A stretch of 63,844 bases of DNA, counting the filler, from Craspedostauros australis (taxonomy: Eukaryota): the NCBI GenBank assembly GCA_030167865.1. It is 12 parts of 12 records of this genome, joined end to end, with 100 filler letters (N's around TTAATTAATTAA, not from the genome) between each part and the next. Parts side by side here need not be neighbours in the genome. Positions count along the whole stretch, not along the records: positions 31,399 to 49,507 come from JALAGF010001019.1; positions 49,608 to 51,327 come from JALAGF010001022.1; positions 51,428 to 54,541 come from JALAGF010001025.1; positions 54,642 to 59,779 come from JALAGF010001027.1; 8 more parts are not named here. One strand, 5' to 3'. The position numbers and the translations under genes are program-made. Below, piece after piece: positions 45,920-58,823 of the stretch (position 1 is the stretch's first letter; each line of letters starts with the position of its first letter). Under the pieces are notes generated by a model, which worked only from the letters and a program-made list of their open reading frames with translations, was not told the origin of the DNA and did not search any database.

Positions 45920-47680
45920 ATGGCCCTGACAAGAAGCTCGCAGCCGCAATCATCGTGGTTTGACTCTGCTGAAGCCACCACTGGTGGCAACACCGGAGGC
46001 AACACCGGAGGCAACGCCGATGAAGATGTGGCGACGAGCGCAAGTGGCCACCATGCGAACAATGAGAGGGCCGTAACGTCCACAGTGGCCACAGCCACAG
46101 AAGTGAAAGCAACAAACCCTTCGAAGTTGGCGGCGACTCAGACGGTTCGCCTTGGCGGCACGAAGCGACCTCCGCCACCGCCGCCGTTGCCAAGGGCTCG
46201 TCGACGAACAAACCAGCCTGGCATGTCACCTCCAACGTCCCCCTCTCGAATCATCCCGACGCCAACTGCTGCCGCGGCTCAAAGGCATGCGCAAACGCAG
46301 TCGCCACGACGCTCTCTGAAAAGCGCAGCACCTCAAACGGCAACCGCCAAGGACGGGAACGCCAAAGGGCCGGATGCCAGCGTGGATGTTTCTCCAACAT
46401 CGCATCTCCCTTCTTCTCCACAACAGCAACGATTGCAACAGCGGCGCGGAGAAATCTGGCCTCAACAGGCTTCGCCCTCAAATGTTGGTTCACCAATGGC
46501 TGTACAACAGCAACCAATTCGTTCCGACGTCACGCAAACGGATGACACACATGACGATGTATTTCAGGATGCAGTCGATAACCATATTCATGGCCAGGTT
46601 CGTGAACGCAATGATAACAACAACACAAACAACGCAGATGATCGCTCCCACAACCACAATCAGCAACATCAGCAGCAGCCGCAACTGAAACAACGTGTGG
46701 AGACCAACAGCGAACCGTCACCTCGAAACACGCGAAGCAGGAGTATGCAGAATACGAGCAGATTATCGCAACGCCGTCGCAGCCCGTCGCCCCAGCAACT
46801 TCGCAATCGAGGTCGACGGAATCAGCTCGGCGGGACCAACTTGACTGTGGCACAGCAGCAACGTCAGCAGCAACCGCAACAACACCAACCGCATCACCCT
46901 CAAGAAGACAACCACGAATGGTTCCTCCAAGTACGATGCCCCCGAACCGGGCGCGTGCTGCGCATTTGCATCTTCCCCAGCATGACACCCGAAAGCGTGG
47001 GACGTTGCATCCATCAGGCATTTTTCCAGTACCAGCAAATGATCCCCGATCCCATCGTCGGCATGTTCCGCGAACGCGATTACGTCTTTCATTCCTTGGA
47101 ATACCTGCTGCAGGCGGACTCCAACCACACCAAGGATGTCTACTCGGTCAATTATCCCAACTACAGAGCACACCCTCCGCCGACACCGCGGTGGCGATCG
47201 GTAGGACTCCTGATGATGTTGTTGACCCTCGGTGCCTGCTACGGTGTCATCGAGTTCGGACCAGAGATCATGGAATACCTGTTGCTGGCCGTGACGCAGA
47301 CGTACAACTTCCTTTTCGACCTCCCACTGCGCGAGCTGTATCGGTACGGTCCCTACATGATCGGATGGGAAGGCGCGCAGCTATCCGAGATCTGCTCTCG
47401 CATCACGTATCACGGAGATCGCGCCTTTTGGTCGCGCAACATGGAGGATTGCGAGTTCATCTACGCCGCCAAAGAAGAGGCCTTCCTGCGCGTGGCGAGG
47501 CCTGTGGTGTATGGGGTGCTGGTCGTCCTGGCTTTCATCGGCATCCGCCATTTGGTGCGCGTGTATGCCGAACGTCGGCGACAACGCGTCGACCGGGACA
47601 TGGTGGAAACGTATCGGGCATTTCAGATTCTGCTGCGGCAGACGTATCGTCTGATGGGGGGAATGGATCGGAGGTACTGA
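45920..47680 (+). CDS. Hypothetical membrane protein (disordered N-terminus, two TM segments flanking a small Cys/Trp domain)
   Basis: Long ORF with in-frame ATG at 45920. TM1 is VGLLMMLLTLGACYGVI, the domain is PLRELYRYGP..GWEG..LSEICSRIT...FWSRN..DC, and TM2 is VVYGVLVVLAFIGI. Confidence 0.8.
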   Translation: MALTRSSQPQSSWFDSAEATTGGNTGGNTGGNADEDVATSASGHHANNERAVTSTVATATEVKATNPSKLAATQTVRLGGTKRPPPPPPLPRARRRTNQPGMSPPTSPSRIIPTPTAAAAQRHAQTQSPRRSLKSAAPQTATAKDGNAKGPDASVDVSPTSHLPSSPQQQRLQQRRGEIWPQQASPSNVGSPMAVQQQPIRSDVTQTDDTHDDVFQDAVDNHIHGQVRERNDNNNTNNADDRSHNHNQQHQQQPQLKQRVETNSEPSPRNTRSRSMQNTSRLSQRRRSPSPQQLRNRGRRNQLGGTNLTVAQQQRQQQPQQHQPHHPQEDNHEWFLQVRCPRTGRVLRICIFPSMTPESVGRCIHQAFFQYQQMIPDPIVGMFRERDYVFHSLEYLLQADSNHTKDVYSVNYPNYRAHPPPTPRWRSVGLLMMLLTLGACYGVIEFGPEIMEYLLLAVTQTYNFLFDLPLRELYRYGPYMIGWEGAQLSEICSRITYHGDRAFWSRNMEDCEFIYAAKEEAFLRVARPVVYGVLVVLAFIGIRHLVRVYAERRRQRVDRDMVETYRAFQILLRQTYRLMGGMDRRY

Positions 47681-48506
47681 TGGGCGTGCGGGATGGATGG
47701 CTGCATGGATGGGCGTACTCTGCTAGTCAGTCTCTCTTGTCGTTGAACATCGGGTGACGAATGGGGTGAAGTGGGAGAGAGAACGGGAGAGAATGGCATG
47801 GCGTGATTTGCACAAATCGATGACGAGTTATCGGTTGTGCAGGACGCGATGTTGCAATCCAGAGAAACCGACGGTGTCAGAGTGCTGGGTGGAGGAAACA
47901 GTCATTCATGTGTTGGATCATTCATTCGTGAACCACGTCTGACTTTGGCAGCGTTGTGCTCTGCTCGCAGCCGTATGCTATCGTATCATACCGATAAGTA
48001 CTGCCCTAATGATAGTTACGACTACTATACTCGCGCTCAGCACGGTTGACACGCATGCTCGTGCAAGCCACGTCGTGCACAAACGATAATGGATGAAGCC
48101 ATGATGATGTTAGCAACTTCCACGATGTTCGCTCGAAGGAAGCGACACCACCAACAAGCATTCCCAAACCCGCCATCGTGACAACGAGCCACGACTCCGT
48201 GGGTTGATTCGTGGATCTTCGAGATCCAAATCCTCTTCCGTGAGAAACAAAACGAATCCAAAAACGCACGACAGAAGAAGAGGAAAGGAGAAGGAGGAGA
48301 TGGTCAAAAGGCAACCAAATGCAACACACCGCACGCAGAGAGAGAGAGAGAAGCAACGACAGGGACGACGAAATCTGCACCCATCCATACCGACATCACA
48401 AACAGAGAAAGAGAGGAGCATCCACACAAATCGAAAGACCGAACAACTCAAACACAACACCACCACGACTCCACCACAACCAGAAACACCCTCAAGCTCG
48501 AGCACC

Positions 48507-49507
48507 ATGAAGTACAACGAGTATTACGATCATCAATTCCGTCGCGATGGTGAGTGAAGGTGCAGTGATGTCAATACCCGTACCATCGAAGCCTTGGCAT
48601 GAATGCCAGCACCAAAGCAGCGGTTGCGAATTGCAATGGGGCAGTTGGTCGCACTTCTTCGTTTGGTGATTTGTCGATTTGTCGATTCGCATGGATCTGT
48701 TGCCATCGATTTGCATGGCTCTGTTGCGATCGATGGAAGCGGCCATGAAGGTGTTATTGCCTCCAATCATGCCTTTTCAGACGCCTTCGCGATGATGCTG
48801 CAAACAATCCCTTTCACAATGGCGCCGAAATTATGCGTTTCTCAATGTGTCATTCTCCAACTTGTCCGCACTGTGCACCCCTTGACATCATGTACTCGAC
48901 TGACCTGCTACCTGCCTGCCTTTCACCCGACACAACGCTTCCGAACACTCCACTCTATACCTTCCGAATATCTTACGTATACCTTATGCAACCATCACCC
49001 TATATCCCACACCATGCATTATGCAGTCGGCAAAGCACTCAAGTCGGTCGAAAGGATTCTTCACGTCGATCGCAACCCCCAGCTTGCCGATGAGGTTGAC
49101 CATGAGTACGATAACAAGTACGAAATGGCCGATCTGCTCACCAATACCACCATCATCTCATTCACGAACGTCCTCGAGCGACTTGGCTTGACGACGGAAA
49201 TCCTCAAGGCAATCGATGCCTCCAAGACGACCACTCTGCGATTCGAGGCGTCCGATTCGGCCGAGTTCCTCAGCGAGCAGCTCGTCGAGGTACCATCCAA
49301 CACGAGCTTCCAGACCAAGGAGACTACCAAGACATCAGGATCCATGTTCGCAGCCACTGAAAAGACCACCGTTCACAACGTCGTCAAGAAGGTCAAGGAA
49401 TATCATTGGAGGGTGACAGTGTCGTGGGAGATCTACCTGTATTCCGGAAACGATGCTACCGGCACGAAGACATCGTTGAAATCACGCAAAAGCACCATCA
49501 TGATCGT
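48507..49507 (+). CDS. Hypothetical protein, 2+ exons (48507-48549, 49027->49507), 3'-truncated by contig end
   Basis: Intron 48550-49026 (GTGAGT...TGCAG) joins MKYNEYYDHQFRRD to VGKALKSVERIL... in frame, and the frame stays open to the contig edge. Confidence 0.7.
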
Positions 49508-50367
49508 NNNNNNNNNNNNNNNNNNNNNNNNNNNNNNNNNNNNNNNNNNNNTTAATTAATTAANNNNNNNNNNNNNNNNNNNNNNNNNNNNNNNNNNNNN
49601 NNNNNNNAGGTCATGGCAAGATTCGCACGTGTCGCACCCAAGACCGAAGTCTGTCCTGATTGGGCAGAGAGGTTCATCTTGGCAAGAAATCCATTTCCGC
49701 GACATCCGAAATCTGTGATTGACGGGAAAACGGTTCTTGCGACGCGAAATGTGACACAAATTTGACACAACGGATTTTCGACCAAAATTTCCGTTCGGAA
49801 CGGAAAAAGGAAGAAAAGTGGAGATTTCTGATTGGTCGACGGGTGTCGCTATTGTTAGAGATTTAGCGTGCGCTAATAATTTGTCTTATGGACACCTCGC
49901 ATGGATGTTCGCGAATGATGTCGATCTCAGTGAGTGTTCTGTGGAATGTCTGAGGAAGCCAAGGAACATGACCCAAGACCAACTCGCGTTGAGAGAATAG
50001 CGCGCGAATACTCCCACCAGCCCACAGATCATGGAGACAAACACGGCAATCCTTGTGTTCTGCGTCACCGTGTATTGCATGTGATTGCTGTGCGATGCAG
50101 CAAATGGCGGACTCTGCTTCTCGAGATGTCAGCATCAATGTGCGATGGCCATCAGCTGCACCTCGACATCAACTCACATGCTGCCTGATGCCAACAAAAT
50201 ATTGACATCAACAACAACTATGACCAACAATTTCACGCATGCAACCGAATCAACAATTTCTCACAATACCTGCCCACAACAGTATCCGATCCAACATCAA
50301 GCCAACATCTAATCCACTACATTGCACATCAACTTGCTCCACCTTGCAATGACTCATTCAGAAGACA

Positions 50368-51327
50368 ATGGAGGTTGAGATTGCCCACTCTGGTATGCAA
50401 ATTGTGGGTCGCGACGTGGACATGCTCACTTGCATGGAGCAACCCCCATGGCTCACCATCCTTTTCCGCAGGACGTATGGGACCAGCATTGCAGTGGCTT
50501 CTGCAGTATGGACAGCACTGGCACAAGACGGGCTGCTACCAGGCAACACCACAATCAACCACATGCTTGGTGCACTCGTATTCCTGAAGCAATACATTCC
50601 ATGGGAGATTCTTTCAGTGATGCTGAATAGGGATCGCAGAACATTAATGAAGTGGACATGGATTGTTTTGGAAGCCATTGCACGACTGAGCAGAACAAAG
50701 GTATGTGAACTTGGTGCTGTGTGCAGAGATGGCTTGAATGCATGTGCTTGCCTGACATGCCTCACATCCCTTGCACATGCTCAAGTTCCTTTTTGTATCA
50801 CTACAGATCAGAATAGAGGAACGCAAGAATGGCTGTGTTGGTCACAACACTGTTTTCATGTCCGTGGATGGCACCAACTTTGGGATTGTGGAGCCCAATC
50901 CTTTCGACACAGATTGGTACTCTCACAAGTTCAATGGGGCAGGCCTCAGATACGAGACTGGTGTGTGCATTCAGACTGGCCATCTTGTTTGGGTCGAGGG
51001 TCCATTTCCATGTGGGGAGTGGAATGATGTAACCATTTTTCGACGCAAGCTGAGGCAGGAACTGGACGAAGGGGAGCAGGTGATTGCGGATCAAGGCTAC
51101 AGGGGTGAGCCTTCGTGTTGCATTGAGAGGACCAGATACAATGGAGTGATACGTGCAAGGCACGAAACAGTTCACAAACGCTTCAAAAACTGGAAGTGCT
51201 TGCGGGTGGAGTGGCGGCACCAACTTTGCAAACACCAACTGGAAATGTATGCCATCGCAGCTATCACACAATTCGAACTGCAGGATGAAAATCCTTTGTT
51301 TGACCTGCAGGAGACCATGGCGGATAT
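50368..51327 (+). mobile_element. PIF/Harbinger-ISL2EU-type DDE transposase (DDE_Tnp_4-like), 2 exons (50368-50700, 50807->51327)
   Basis: Phase-0 intron 50701-50806. Catalytic-type motifs are SVDGT, WYSHKFNGAGLRYE, IADQGYRG and RARHETVHKRFKNW. Exon 1 has an HTH-like segment (LVFLKQY...DRRTLMKW). Confidence 0.85.
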
Positions 51328-51427
51328 NNNNNNNNNNNNNNNNNNNNNNNNNNNNNNNNNNNNNNNNNNNNTTAATTAATTAANNNNNNNNNNNNNNNNN
51401 NNNNNNNNNNNNNNNNNNNNNNNNNNN

Positions 51428-53120
51428 TCAATGGATTTGTTGCATCGCTTTCGTCTTCATCGTTGCTGGTGTTGTGATCATCGCTGTACTTCTGGCAGGT
51501 GAAAGTGATTCCGGCGGTCCGACAGCACCAATCCTATCATCAGGAAGGCCGTCCGTTACGCAATCAGATGCTCCGTCATGGCAACCATCTCAACAGCCGA
51601 CGTTGACACCATCGTTGGCACCATCATCAGCACCCTCCACAGAGGAAGAGCGGCTACTTTTGGAACGATACGATCTTCTGGTGGGCTTGCTATATCCCAA
51701 CATCACGCAAAGCCAAGCGGCTGCGATTTCCGAACCCCAATCGCCGTACAATCGTGCACTGTGGTGGTTGGTCCAAGATGATCCCGCCAAGCTGAACTTT
51801 CCAACCCTCCCCGCACAAAAGTTGCTGGAGCGGTACATCATGATCGCTTTATACTATCAACATGATGGACCAAATTGGATCGTAAAAAATGGTTGGTTGA
51901 GCGAACTTGAGACCTGCAATTGGATAGGACTCAGCTGCGACCACAGAGAAAGCGTCAACATGGATCAAATCAACGCACGTGAGTAGTGCGCACACACAGT
52001 GATACGTATGCTTCTGTTAATCGCTTTGATGGACTCTGTGTCCTTCGTGTCGCTCTTGGTGTGCATTGAGCAGATGAATCGTCTGATTTTCACCTTTCCT
52101 CCTTTTATCTCACCTCGGCACTCTGTTTTCATCATCTTGACTCACCCATTCTATTTGATTCCCAACCTCCAGCCAACAACGGAATGAAGAATTCCATGTT
52201 GACAGAGATGGGGTTGCTCACTGATCTGCGCCATCTCAATCTCTGTAAGTATGCATCTCAGCAATCGAAGTATCCATGTGTATTGCATACCGCAGACACA
52301 CTCCAATCCACCGTGACCGGACGGTCTTGTTCCATGTTCTGGCTCAGATGGCATCCTCACACAATGTTCATACATTGCTCGCACCTCCACATTTTGTTTC
52401 ACACAGCTGGGAACGAAGTCAAAGGACCGCTGATATCAGAAATAGGGTTGCTCACAAAGTTGACTCGATTGGATCTGGGTAAGTCACGATACTCGTCTGA
52501 GCACGGACTCGTTTGGTACATGCTTGGTACATGCTTGGCGCATGTTTGATGTGTGCTTGGCATATTCAACCCATTCCTCTCGATCAGTTCATCGACCTAT
52601 CCAAGTCGCTGATGAGCATTGGGTGCTTGTCCACGACAGGTCGTAACTCACAATGGCCAACCTCCTTCGTCTATTTCACATCATCACAATCACCTTCTCT
52701 CATTGTCGTACTCGTGCGTACTCATACGCAGAATCAGCTGTCATGTTTGGAGAAATCCCATCCGAACTTGGCAAACTCAGCAACCTTCGGAGGCTTTACC
52801 TCGGCTACAACGACTTTATTGGTACCATCCCAACGGAACTCAATCAGCTCTCCGCAACTCTCGATCTGGAACTCTTGACAATGGTCAACATCAGTGTCAC
52901 CGGCGACATCAATTCGATTGTTTGCAACGCAACAGATCCAACGCAGCAACGCAATGCCGGTGAATACTCAGCCCAATGCCTACCATTCGATGATGGTGAG
53001 CCACCGGCCGTTACGTGTGATTGCTGCAGCGTCTGCTGCAACACCACGATCTGCTGTGACATGATGGGCGATGAAGCGTGCTATGATCTTCCTGACAGCT
53101 CTCCCGGCAGAAGACAATGA
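51428..53120 (+). CDS. Membrane-anchored leucine-rich repeat protein (5'-truncated); exons <51428-51978, 52173-52244, 52407-52478, 52732-53120
   Basis: TM segment and PT-rich stalk, then an LRR N-cap (RALWWL...LERY..LYY..G.NW...WLS...CNW.G..C). Plant-type LRRs (GEIPSELGKLSNLRRLYL) end in a CDCCSVCC cap. All introns are GT-AG and phase 1. Confidence 0.85.
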
Positions 53121-53263
53121 TGGTGTTCTCGCAGAGGGATACTCGTAGTGGGCGAGCACCATCCATACATGTACACATGTACACATACTGACATACTCGT
53201 AAGCACGATGAGGTTTCATCAAATGCGTCTGTAAAATACTCGAAAGGAACAGATCTCGACGAG

Positions 53264-54311
53264 CTATGAGGACCGAAGTTGAATTGTGGTCTGCGTTTCT
53301 CTCGCCCCCTTTTCGAGCAACGCCAGCTGCTCCTTCGTCTTCGATACGGAGACGGTGGGAATTGTCCTCCTGGGGTTCAGGCATTTCAAGCAGTCCACGA
53401 GTTCGGGAAAGCTGGAATGCTCGCTGTAGGGAACAGAGTAGATGGTGATTTTGCCGGAGGATCGTTTGCCCACCAGTCCGCGTCCTGGCTTGGCCGACAG
53501 CGACCAGCCCGTCGGCGAATACCCAACGATACGATCGCATGGTGCCACGCCAGGCGACGCCAATGAGAGCGACATTGCAGTCTCAAAATATTTCGGGAGC
53601 TTCTTCATGTTGAGGTCTCCCATAGGCACAACCCAGATACAGCTGTCGTTGGTCGGCGTCGTCGTGAATAGTGTCATTTGCTCTGGGGGCCACCCTGATG
53701 CTTGCAAGACACGGTACCGCCGCCTATCGACGAAGATGCGCCATCCGAAGTGCTGGGCAACGGCCATGTACATGCGTTCTTTCCCGATCGTGTACGCACC
53801 GAACAAATGGAGGACTCTGCTGCCGCTCTCTTTCGCCCGCTTCACTTCATCCTGCACGACCTTGAGCGTTGCCTGGACGGTCTGCTCCTGCGACGGCAAC
53901 GTGTACTTGGGATTGCAGTACGTCGTATCCAGGAACAGCTCATCGAGCCGCAACTTCCGGCTGAAGAGAAATGGCTTGAGGTACTGCTGATGGAACATGA
54001 TGTCGCGGCTCCATCGGAAATCGCCAACGTGGAGGATATGCTTCGTGCCGACCTGGAAGAGGAACATGACGGCACCGGGACAATGGTTGGCATCCAGCAA
54101 CGTCACAGTCACGGCCTTGCCCCTGCTCTCCACGACCGTGGGTACCATCATGGGCAATGGATGCAGGTATTTCTTGTCAACTCCGAGCTGTGCATTGACC
54201 AGATTCGCGGTCGGCAGCGAGCAGTAGATGATGCCTTGGTTCCATGCGGATGTGATGCCACCGTAGTGGTCGGAATGGAAATGCGTCAAGAAGTAGTTCT
54301 TCGTGAAGGAT
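53264..54311 (-). CDS. SNM1: SNM1/PSO2 (DCLRE1A-like) DNA cross-link repair nuclease, metallo-beta-lactamase/beta-CASP; last exon only
   Basis: FLTHFHSDHYGG, DANHCPGA, HVGDFR, LFLDTTY, GAYTIGKE and VPYSEHSS. The splice acceptor CAG is at 54314-54312, and upstream exon(s) probably lie beyond the contig edge. Confidence 0.9.
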
Positions 54312-54943
54312 CTGAGATGATAACGAGCATAGAGTTGTATCGCATTGCATAGTATAATTGATAGGAATGCCATTGTGTCAGTATTCATACGAGTATGGCA
54401 GTGGGCGATTTGGTGTACGAGAATTACGGCAGGATGAGACGAGGTGTCATCAGGGGGTCGTCGTCGTTGATGTGTCGGCAAGGTACGACCTTCGGATGAA
54501 AAGAAGCACGCTACAAAGGGATAGTCTCATCGGTGGACAAGNNNNNNNNNNNNNNNNNNNNNNNNNNNNNNNNNNNNNNNNNNNNTTAATTAATTAANNN
54601 NNNNNNNNNNNNNNNNNNNNNNNNNNNNNNNNNNNNNNNNNGTCTCTACTCTGCTGCGTACGATTCAGCTGCAAGTGCCCAGTCTAACGCTCAAATAACC
54701 GGTAATAACGTCCGTATCTGCTTGCTGCGAACATCATTCGTCCACCATTTGCCCATCACCCGTCCATCACTCGCCCATCATCGCTACTGCCACACTCACA
54801 AATCGGCGGAACGAATCTCCCCTCGTCGTTTTGTATTGATAGTAGAATACGACCTATTCTATTATTCTATATAGTAGAATACATCCTATTCTATATTGGA
54901 ATAGTTCATACTCGACACAACACTGGAAGAGACGCTGAAGGGC

Positions 54944-56435
54944 ATGATGATGATGATGATGATGGGATATGCAGCGATGAATTCGGTCCGCAGACCATCG
55001 AGGCTTGCAATGGCATCGCTCCTCCTCCTCCTTGCGTTGGTGCTGGGATCGGAGAGAGGCGGTGTGTCGTGCGAAGTCATCAACACTCCTGCCGCGGACG
55101 CAGCCGCAGCCGCAGAACCAGCAACGGTAGAGCAAGAGGCGGTTGCCAATTGCGCAGCGGACGGTGCACGATCAGCTGATGGAGAGTGTACGGCCAACTT
55201 CGACCAGGCGTCTGAGATGGAAAGCAACAGCACGCCTGATGGCACCAACGAGCATCAGCGTGGCGAAGGACGCGACGAAGACGATGAAGACGACGGCAGC
55301 GAAGACGATCAAGAAAATGAACATGAAGATGGTGCCGACTTCCTCGAAAAAGTTGACAAGTTCAATGACATCTCCACCCCCTACAGATTGCTGCCTCCGA
55401 AAGGTGAAAATGGCGCAAAGTACTATCTGCCGATTCCAAACGGCGGTTCCATCCAATGGGCGCAGGGGCCGTACAGGCAAGATGTGCTCAGGATCGTCGA
55501 GGAAAGCAAGAACTACCTCGCGGCTCGCGATCATGATCCCACATGCGTCAACGACAACATGTTCTGCTCGACCTACGCTTCGTTGGGTAAGCCAATCCCA
55601 TGCATGCATGCATGTATGGATCCAAGCACGCTGCGGGCCAATGCAATGCCATACTAGTCCAGTGCGTCGCAATGCGAATGCCATCTGCGACCATCGCTTC
55701 ACATCGTACCTTTGGCGATTCGATCGTTCCAAACTGGATCTGCATCTGCCTTGGTGTGCCTGCGCAATTTGCACGTTTTCTCTTCTTCTGTCTCACTCTC
55801 TCTCTCTCTTTCCGCGTTGTCCACCGTGCACTGCATTCTTCTCTACTGTACTGCATCATATTCGACCACGAACGTCCGCGAACATGAAGGCGATTGTCCA
55901 CAGGAAATCGATCGAGGAGTCCTTGACGACGAAGAATTCAGTAAGTGCCTCGTTTCTGCCGATACCGTCAATGAATGCCTGCAATGTATCGCACAATGAG
56001 CCAAGGTACTCCTACTGTCAACGCGAACTGCCAACCACACCATTCTACGCTGTTCTTTCACACAATCCTAGTTCATGATACCCCTCTCTCAACACGTTCA
56101 ATCCATTTGTGGTTGTGCTTATGTTTTATCTTTCTGCAGTGATCTATGCTTGTCGGCTTGCCTGCAAGCTTTGCGATTACGCTGTCGGCGAAACAGGAGA
56201 GGAAGCCCACGATGATGAAGACGAAGACGACGATGACGAAGAGGACAGCACTATTCATGAGCAGCAAGGCGCCGCCGATGTCACAGAGGATGCGTATGAA
56301 GGCAATCAAAATGAACATGAAGAGGAATATGGCGATAGTGAGACGGCAGAGGAGGATGACGAGGAGGCGGAGGATTACGAAGACGAAGACGATCCCGACG
56401 ACCACGATATCGACGACCACGACGACGATGAGGAG

Positions 56436-56467
<32 letters not shown>

Positions 56468-58318
56468 GGATGATGATGAGTACGAAGACGAATACGTGGA
56501 AGACGTTGGCGAAGGAAAACATGCCGCGACGCCTTGGGGTGTGGATCAATTCATCGTCACCGATATCCAAAGCGATGTGTTCCGAATTATTACGAACACG
56601 GAGCTTTACATGAACGGAATGCTGGAACGTGAAGATTACGAGAAAGAGAAGAATTACTTTGATCACCTCCACACCATCTGCCGCAACAAAGATCCATTGT
56701 GCTCCTACTGGGCAGCAACAGGTGAGTGAGCAAAATGGCCAGATACCCGTGCTCGTAGCGTATGGCAAATGCTCAATACGATCGTGTTTCGAACCGTCCA
56801 TTGCAATCAATGCGCATACCGTACGAGCATCACACACGTATGCACAACACGATCACAATCCGCCTTTCGTCGGACTTTACCTCACCCCGATCCTCGTGCC
56901 GAATCCACGCCATGGGACATCACATGGCGCCGCGTGCTATAATTTGAACTTGAACTGGGACTGGCTCGCCTTGATGTCGCCTGCTTTGATTTCACGCCAC
57001 AACAGGCGGATGCGAGCCTGGCGACGATGTCGAGAAAGACGACGAAGACGAATTCTACGAAATGATCGCAGCCAAATGTGGCCCAGCCTGTCAAGCATGC
57101 GAAGACATGTCCTACGATGAGCGGTGCGTGGGATACAACAACACCGCGGGGGTCTGGGATGAACCAGGAAGCGTGGATGCGTTCTTTGATCGCATCACCA
57201 CGGATCCGTACTTTCAAGAGCAGTTCGGTCCAATGGACATCATCGGCAACCCAAGAGAAGACTACGACATGCCGTGGATCGTGACATTCGACAACTTCAT
57301 CACCGATGAAGAATGCGATCGCCTCATAGAGCTGGGCGGAGTCGAAGGCTATGAGCAGTCGCTGGAGGTTTCTGATGAAGACGAAGAGGAGGAGGAGGAG
57401 GAGGAAGAAGATGAACCGGACCGACGCACCTCAACCAATTCATGGTGTCTGACCGATTGCTACAAAGACCCCACAGCGCAGCGCATCCATGAGAGGATCG
57501 ACAACTTCACCCACATTCCACGACAAAACTCGGAGTACCTCCAGCTGCTGAGGTATCTCCCTGGACAGGTACGTCACTCCGACTGTTGCTATTGCTGCTG
57601 CTGCTGCTGCTGTTGCCGCTGCCATCGATTCCAGATGTGCCGAATGATGGGTTGCAAACGCGATTTTCTGCACATTTGCATTTCTCGATTTGCGACACGG
57701 TGCCTTCGCATGGACGGCATGGATCAACCGCGGAGCCGTTAGATGGACACTACGCCTGTGCTCGTACTTTATCCTTTTGTCGTTCCATGCGTGCGCTGGT
57801 TATTTCGTCGCCACATCGTATCGGTGTCCACCTGCTGTGAGACACGAGTACGAGTCAACGCTACGCACGTGCTCTTACACTTACACTTGTTGCTGTTGTT
57901 GTTGCACTTATCCTTGCACCCGCATCTACATCTACATCTGCGCTTGTATTAATCGATTCGCTGCTCCATATCACGTGTACCACATCATCGTGCTGATACG
58001 CAGCTCTACATGGAGCATCACGATTACATCACTGGGGAGGCGCATCGCATGCACGGTCCCAGAATACTAACCGTGTTCATGTACTTGAACGATGTCAAAG
58101 AAGGCGGGGGCACCAAGTTCTCGCATCTGAACATTACCGTCCAGCCGAAGAAGGGCAGGGTGCTGATATGGCCGTCCGTTCTCAACGACTATCCCTTCAT
58201 CTTGGACCTGCGGACATCACACGAGGCGCTAGCGGTGGAGAGGGGGATCAAGTACGGTGCGAATGCGTGGTTCCACCAACGGGACTACAAATCGTCGATG
58301 GCAAGGGATTGCACATGA
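54944..58318 (+). CDS. Secretory-pathway prolyl 4-hydroxylase-like 2OG-Fe(II) oxygenase with two ShK domains; exons 54944-55586, 55890-55940, 56140-56721, 57006-57568, 58004-58318
   Basis: Signal peptide, then ShK motifs (C.N....C...A..G.C...M...C..AC..C) twice. The catalytic domain has RTSTNSWC, LQLLRY, HHDY, RILTVFMYLNDV..GGGTKF, PKKGR and HEA..V..G.KYGANAW. All four introns are GT-AG and frame-consistent. The exact start Met is uncertain because of an ATG run. Confidence 0.9.
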
Positions 58319-58823
58319 TGTATTTGTCCTACGATATGACATTGTATGAGTAGAGTATATGACTCGCGAGGAGGCTCTGCTTCTGTGGAGCGATATCTTT
58401 GGTAAAACTCTCTGAGTTTAGTGCTCTCCGCGTACCATCGAGTTGCACTTCCGCATACTGGCAAGGCATGAAGATGGTGCACCCATTGGTTGGCAGTATG
58501 GGTGTGCCAGTGTGATGGGATACGGGCACTTGTTCGGAGCGATTGTTGCATCAGAGCGAACTGAAATGGAGCGGCGACCTTCACCTCTGCCTTTGACCCC
58601 CTACTTCATGCGTGTACGTGTGTGCAAGCTCTCCAGAAGGACGCCGTGGTCAGCATACTATTGGCCAAGCTTGCCCATGACCGGCGATGATTCTGCTGTT
58701 CTCTTCATCGCAGCCCGTATAGTATTATGTATGGATGTGGGTATGGGATTCCAATGAAGCTTGCGTCCCAGCACGGGGCCGAGGCTCTTCCTCCACTTCT
58801 TACCCCCCAACTGCACGAGAGCC

